Made by a program: the position numbers and the translations under genes. The notes beneath the pieces were generated by a model. The model had not been told where the DNA came from. It was given only the letters and a program-made list of their open reading frames with translations, and did no database searches. Shown piece after piece: positions 57,713 through 64,000 of a stretch of DNA of 64,000 nt. Each line of letters starts with the position of its first letter. Position 1 is the stretch's first letter. Origin of the DNA: Escherichia coli. GTDB lineage: Bacteria > Pseudomonadota > Gammaproteobacteria > Enterobacterales > Enterobacteriaceae. The stretch is from NCBI RefSeq assembly GCF_050320075.1, contig NZ_CP190018.1; one strand, given 5' to 3'.

Positions 57713-57740
57713 GCCGGATCAGGCGTTTACGCTACGTCCA
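57713..57740. repeat. REP-like sequence downstream of ybiJ
   Basis: GCCGGATCAGGCGTTTACGC resembles the REP core GCCGGATGCGGCGTGAACGC. Confidence 0.3.
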
Positions 57741-57816
57741 GCACAAGTATTTCCCTGTCTGTTTGCCGACAGACGCATATGCTCTAACCCTCATTGATCC
57801 TATGTTACCCTTGTTT

Positions 57817-57844
57817 GCCCGTCCGCCACTGGACGGGCTTTTTT

Positions 57845-57846
<2 letters not shown>
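57817..57846. terminator. Intrinsic terminator between convergent ybiJ and hcxB
   Basis: GCCCGTCC-GCCACT-GGACGGGC followed by TTTTTTTT. Confidence 0.75.
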
Positions 57847-59022
<1,176 letters not shown>

Positions 59023-59023
59023 T

Positions 59024-59065
<42 letters not shown>

Positions 59066-59070
59066 GAAAA

Positions 59071-60033
<963 letters not shown>

Positions 60034-60060
60034 TTACGACTCCTTACCTGACTCACATCA

Positions 60061-62211
60061 TTAACGCCGCCGACGGCGTGGGGATTTCGTTTTTTCTTTC
60101 TTTTTAACTATACCTTCAGGGACTTCCGGTTGCTCTATCGGAAATACCGGTAATGCATCCAGTAGCCGCTTGCCGTAGTTTTTGGTGAGCAAGCGTTTAT
60201 CGTAAATCACCACTTCGCCCCAGCAACCGTGGCTTCGAATCAGTCGCCCAACCTGCTGAATCAGGTTAAACGAGGCGCTCGGCAGGCTTTGCACCTCAAA
60301 CGGATAGCGGTTGAGGCTTTTCAGCCATTCCCCTTCGGTGATCACCACGGGGCTGTCGATGGGCGGAAAAGCGATTTTGTGGATATGCACCTGGCTGAGC
60401 AGATCGCCTTTCAGATCAAGCCCTTCGGCAAATGACTGTAAGCCCACCAGCACGCTGCGCTCACCGTTGCCGACGCGTTTGCGGTGCAGTTCAACTAAAC
60501 GGTAACGCGGCTGATCGCCCTGCACCAGCAACATCAGGCGTAAATCCGTCACATAGTCGAGAAACCGCTGCATCGCCCGTCCGCTGGCAAACAGTACCAA
60601 CATACCGAGATGTTTTTTGCTCTCCACCTGCTCACGGAAAAAGGCTGCCATTTCAGCAATGTGCTGCTCTTCGTTGTCGATGGAAGGCTCAAAGCGCATC
60701 CGGGGAATAACAATTTTGCCCTGTTCGCAGTGGTTAAAGGGCGAATCCAGCGCCACAAAGCGGTCGCCCGCTTTCTCTTTCAGACCACTCATCTCCTGCA
60801 AACGCGAAAAACTGTTCAGCGAACGTAAGGTCGCGGAATTGACAATAATGTGCGGAATACTGCGCCACAGCAGCCTTTCCAGCTGATCGCTGACACGAAT
60901 ACCCACACAGTGAAACCAGAGATGCAGCTGCCCTTCGCGCTCTTCCCGCGTCGCCCATTTGGTCACCGGCGCACCGGAAGATTGCGCCAGAGACGCCAGC
61001 CGCCAGAGTTTGCTTTGCGCCTCGAACATCCCCAGCGCGCGATTCATCTGCAAAATCAACCGATGCAGACGTACAATGTCATGGCTGCCGGTTTTCTCAC
61101 TTAAATCGTTAAGAAATAACTCCGCCAGGCCACGCAGCATCTCGGTGAGTTTTGCCAGCCGCTGGCAGATCTCCAGCACTTCATCTGGCAGTTCGCCCAT
61201 CGCAAAACGGTGCTCTGCCTCCTGCCCGGCAGGCATGTAGAGATTGAGAATGTTGTTTAACGAGGCGATAAGCTCATACAACTCTTCACAATGCGCATTC
61301 AAACGTTCAGGGATCGCCAGCGGCGGGATGGTCTTCGGGCGAAACTGCTCCATGCAGGTAGCGACCAGTTTCGTGAACAAGTCCAACTGTAGTCGATACC
61401 ACGGCGCGGTGATTTCGGCACTCATCTCCAGCGCATCCCGCGCCACATCTGGCAGGTGATGACCTTCGTCCAGCACCAGCAGCAAATTTTTCGGGTCAGG
61501 CAATACGGCTTCGCTTTCCATCGCCGCCATCACCAGCGCATGGTTTGCCACCACCACTTCCGCTTCCTGAATCTCCCGACGAGCGACAAAAAACGGGCAT
61601 TCGCGATAGTAATAACAGTTGCGGTTGAGGCAGCTGGCTTTGTCGGTACTTAAACGACGCCAGAGATCGTCATCTATAGCGATATCAGTATGATCGCGCA
61701 GACCATCCCATTTATAAGTGTCGAGATCGCCCTTCAGCTTCGCACAACGTTTTTGCTCTTCCTGATTATTTGGCGTCAGTTCGTCGTCAAGAAACGCCAG
61801 CAGATCCTGTTGCGTGGGTTCAGTGCTGGCGAGCGCCGTCAGATTACGCGGGCAAACGTAGCGCCCACGCCCAAAAGCGGCAGTGAATTTAAGATCGGGA
61901 ATGATCTTTTTCAGCAGCGGTAAATCTTTGCTGTAGATCTGATCCTGCAATGCCACGTTGGCGGTACTCACCACCAGCGTTTTTTGCTCTTCGCGGGCAA
62001 TGGCGATGCCGGGAATCAAATAAGAGAGCGTTTTCCCAACGCCGGTGGGGGCTTCAATCGCCAGATGCCGCCCTTCTTCTCCGGCCAGCGTTTTGGCGAC
62101 GTCCGCAATCATCTGCCGCTGCGGCGCACGGGGAATAAAGTCGGGGATCTGTTCCTGAAGCGCCTTATACCAGGCGGCAATTTGCGCTTTAAGCGCGGCG
62201 GTTAATGCCAT
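60061..62211 (-). CDS. dinG: ATP-dependent DNA helicase DinG (SOS-inducible, Fe-S)
   Basis: 716-aa ORF; Walker A (APTGVGKTLSYL), DEGHH box and four-Cys Fe-S cluster region. Confidence 0.9.
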   Translation of the reverse strand: MALTAALKAQIAAWYKALQEQIPDFIPRAPQRQMIADVAKTLAGEEGRHLAIEAPTGVGKTLSYLIPGIAIAREEQKTLVVSTANVALQDQIYSKDLPLLKKIIPDLKFTAAFGRGRYVCPRNLTALASTEPTQQDLLAFLDDELTPNNQEEQKRCAKLKGDLDTYKWDGLRDHTDIAIDDDLWRRLSTDKASCLNRNCYYYRECPFFVARREIQEAEVVVANHALVMAAMESEAVLPDPKNLLLVLDEGHHLPDVARDALEMSAEITAPWYRLQLDLFTKLVATCMEQFRPKTIPPLAIPERLNAHCEELYELIASLNNILNLYMPAGQEAEHRFAMGELPDEVLEICQRLAKLTEMLRGLAELFLNDLSEKTGSHDIVRLHRLILQMNRALGMFEAQSKLWRLASLAQSSGAPVTKWATREEREGQLHLWFHCVGIRVSDQLERLLWRSIPHIIVNSATLRSLNSFSRLQEMSGLKEKAGDRFVALDSPFNHCEQGKIVIPRMRFEPSIDNEEQHIAEMAAFFREQVESKKHLGMLVLFASGRAMQRFLDYVTDLRLMLLVQGDQPRYRLVELHRKRVGNGERSVLVGLQSFAEGLDLKGDLLSQVHIHKIAFPPIDSPVVITEGEWLKSLNRYPFEVQSLPSASFNLIQQVGRLIRSHGCWGEVVIYDKRLLTKNYGKRLLDALPVFPIEQPEVPEGIVKKKEKTKSPRRRRR

Positions 62212-62225
62212 GAGAAAACCTGAAA

Positions 62226-62245
62226 TACTGTATAAACAGCCAATA
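62226..62245 (-). promoter_or_regulatory. LexA (SOS) box of dinG
   Basis: Minus-strand TATTGGCTGTTTATACAGTA matches my recollection of the non-canonical dinG SOS box (TTG-N10-CAG); 15 bp upstream of the dinG ATG. Confidence 0.7.
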
Positions 62246-62381
62246 TTGTGGCATTTTTCGGTTTTCAGGGGTAATGGTTTTTCTGTTTCTGGAAAGCGGC
62301 TCGCAATAACGTTTTCCGGATGTGAAGTTTTCTCGCGGCAGAAGAAACATCATTGTGCAGCAAAAGACATTGTACATCAGC

Positions 62382-62663
62382 TTATTCCGCTGGCGGCCAT
62401 TGCAGAGCGGTATGTAAAACACGCAGTACCGAGAGCGTATCGCCCTCCACTTGATAGACAAGCACATAATGCGGCCTGACAACGGCTTCATGTGTACCAG
62501 CGACTCGTCCGGCCCGGTACATCTCCGGGCGTTCACAGGCCTGTTCCGCAATGGCTTCAAATTGATTATCAAGGGCTATTGCCGCTAGCGGATTATCTTT
62601 ACTGATGTATTCCATGATTTGCTCCCTGTCAGACAGGGACATTGGCTTCCATTCCAGACGCAT
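62382..62663 (-). CDS. ParE/RelE-superfamily toxin-like protein (accessory; occupies the K-12 ybiA position)
   Basis: 93-aa ORF; ParE-like features (N-terminal LSDREQIMEYI, central GR, C-terminal VLVYQVEGDTLSVLRVLH); start overlaps the upstream gene stop (TAATG). Confidence 0.7.
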   Translation of the reverse strand: MRLEWKPMSLSDREQIMEYISKDNPLAAIALDNQFEAIAEQACERPEMYRAGRVAGTHEAVVRPHYVLVYQVEGDTLSVLRVLHTALQWPPAE

Positions 62664-63103
62664 TAATCCCCCTTCAGCAAGGCTTTTTTACGGGCAGCAA
62701 ATAGACTTTTGGCCTCTTCATGAGAGAGTGCCGGGCGTGGATCGTCAATGGCGGCCTGCACCTGCTCTCGAAACCAGGCATCATACGCGGCAGCTTCATG
62801 AGCTCGTTTTAATGCCTCAGCCCTGTCTGGTCGGGTCGTTTTCTTCTGACCGTCCGGGTCGTAATTAGAGGCGTCGACTTCAAACCGGGCAATACCAACA
62901 TCTTTCAGGTAGTTGACAACCGTTTCCAGCCGTTTGAACAGGCGGATTTGCCGACTGCGTTGTGCTGCAAGAGGCCGTTCAGTGTGGCCGTATTTCACGG
63001 TCAACGACCAGCCTCCCTGGGTGCCAATAACGTGTGCTGCATCCACTACGCCAGATTCAACCAGTTTATGTAAGGTTGAGTGATCGATCGTTTCTGGTGC
63101 CAT
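62663..63103 (-). CDS. Hypothetical 146-aa protein, presumed cognate partner (antitoxin or regulator) of the ParE-like toxin
   Basis: ORF translationally coupled to the toxin gene; charged helical C-terminal region (RPDRAEALKRAHEAAAYDAWFREQVQAAIDDP...); N-terminal ~90 aa unassigned; much longer than typical ParD/Phd antitoxins. Confidence 0.6.
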   Translation of the reverse strand: MAPETIDHSTLHKLVESGVVDAAHVIGTQGGWSLTVKYGHTERPLAAQRSRQIRLFKRLETVVNYLKDVGIARFEVDASNYDPDGQKKTTRPDRAEALKRAHEAAAYDAWFREQVQAAIDDPRPALSHEEAKSLFAARKKALLKGD

Positions 63104-63130
63104 AATGCGCTAACCTCTTTGTATACAGCA

Positions 63131-63208
63131 TGCAATTTATAATTAAAGATAGAGCAATTAATAATAAATTGCAGCACCTTGATCGTAAATTGCCCAGGAT
63201 AAAATTGC
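63131..63208 (-). promoter_or_regulatory. Putative promoter/operator of the ParE-like module: dyad plus direct heptamer repeats
   Basis: TGCAATTTAT (63131-63140) and ATAAATTGCA (63164-63173) form a perfect 10-bp inverted repeat 23 bp apart; further AAATTGC copies at ~63188-63194 and ~63202-63208; AT-rich. Confidence 0.4.
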
Positions 63209-63232
63209 GGTAGAAAGAGACTTGTTGCGAAG

Positions 63233-63253
63233 ATGCCGGGCATCGCCCGGCAT
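63233..63253. other. Hairpin immediately 3' of rhlE
   Basis: ATGCCGGGC-ATC-GCCCGGCAT perfect 9-bp stem; no U-tract. Confidence 0.4.
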
Positions 63254-63259
63254 AAAAGA

Positions 63260-64000
63260 TTACTGCGCAGCGGCAGGTTTACGCGGACGGCGGCGACGTT
63301 GTTGTTCGCCTGCCGGTTTGGCATCGCCGAGACGACGAGACGGTTTTTCTGCGGGCTTCGCGTTACCAGACTTCGCACCACTTTCCGCACGGCGTGGTTG
63401 CTGTTGACCGCGACCACCACCTTGCCCACGACCGCCGCCGCCACGTTGCTGGCGACCGTTCTGGATCGGTTCGGCTTTGATTGACGGGTCCGGCTCATAA
63501 CCCGGAATCGCAATGCGCGGGATCTCTTTTTTCAGCAGTTTTTCGATATCACGCAGCAGTTTGTGTTCATCAACACACACCAGCGACAACGCTTCACCGG
63601 TAGCAGCCGCACGACCGGTACGCCCGATACGGTGGACATAATCTTCCGGTACGTTTGGCAGTTCATAGTTGACCACGTGCGGCAGCTCTTCAATATCCAG
63701 GCCGCGCGCAGCGATGTCAGTTGCCACCAGTACACGAATATCGCCCGATTTAAAATCAGCCAGCGCACGGGTACGCGCACCTTGCGATTTATTGCCGTGG
63801 ATCGCCGCACTACGGATGCCATCTTTATTGAGCTGTTCAGCCAGATGGTTAGCGCCATGTTTGGTACGGGTAAACACCAGCACCTGCTGCCAGTTCCCTT
63901 TCCCAATCATGTGCGACAACAATTCGCGTTTGCGTTTCTTATCAACAAAGTGAACATGCTGGGTCACCTGATCAGACGCGGTATTGCGGCGTGCCACTTC
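63260..64000 (-). CDS. rhlE: ATP-dependent RNA helicase RhlE, C-terminal part (gene starts beyond window end)
   Basis: ORF 63260..63997 open to window edge; DEAD-box helicase C-terminal domain (HRIGRTGRA) and Arg/Gly-rich basic tail. Confidence 0.85.
   Translation of the reverse strand, partial: EVARRNTASDQVTQHVHFVDKKRKRELLSHMIGKGNWQQVLVFTRTKHGANHLAEQLNKDGIRSAAIHGNKSQGARTRALADFKSGDIRVLVATDIAARGLDIEELPHVVNYELPNVPEDYVHRIGRTGRAAATGEALSLVCVDEHKLLRDIEKLLKKEIPRIAIPGYEPDPSIKAEPIQNGRQQRGGGGRGQGGGRGQQQPRRAESGAKSGNAKPAEKPSRRLGDAKPAGEQQRRRRPRKPAAAQ

Overview
This window reads as an Escherichia coli-type chromosomal segment, collinear with but inverted relative to the K-12 ybjL-to-rhlE region. Gene identities come from my recall of K-12 protein sequences, not from a database search, and non-coding coordinates are approximate (about +/-2 bp). 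About 55 core genes are present: ybjL(partial), rcdA, ybjJ, ybjI, mdfA, ybjG, deoR, dacC, gstB, yliI, bssR, rimO, dgcI, gsiDCBA, iaaA, moeAB, fsaA, pflE/pflF (ybiY/ybiW), ybiV, ybiU, ybiT, ldtB, ybiR, mntR, mntS, opgE, ompX, rhtA, dps, glnHPQ, ybiO, rlmF, mcbA, fiu, ybiX, ybiI, ybiJ, hcxB(ybiC), ybiB, dinG and rhlE(partial), plus the sRNA rybB and recognisable regulatory sites (LexA, Fur, MntR, NtrC/sigma-54, sigma-E). Five things are not expected from the K-12 layout: (1) a ParE-like toxin gene with an atypical 146-aa upstream partner sitting between dinG and rhlE where K-12 has ybiA; (2) a three-gene carbohydrate island (LacI-family regulator, ExuT-like MFS transporter, GH31 glycosidase) between ybiU and ybiT; (3) a toxin-first HigB2/RelE-like plus XRE-HTH antitoxin pair between rimO and dgcI; (4) a complete 768-bp IS1 interrupting pdeI with an 8-bp target duplication; (5) an in-frame TAA truncating ybjH. 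The ParE-like module with its unusual partner is the best candidate for something undescribed, but I cannot assign the partner to a family from sequence alone. No CRISPR array, rRNA, tRNA or prophage integrase was seen.
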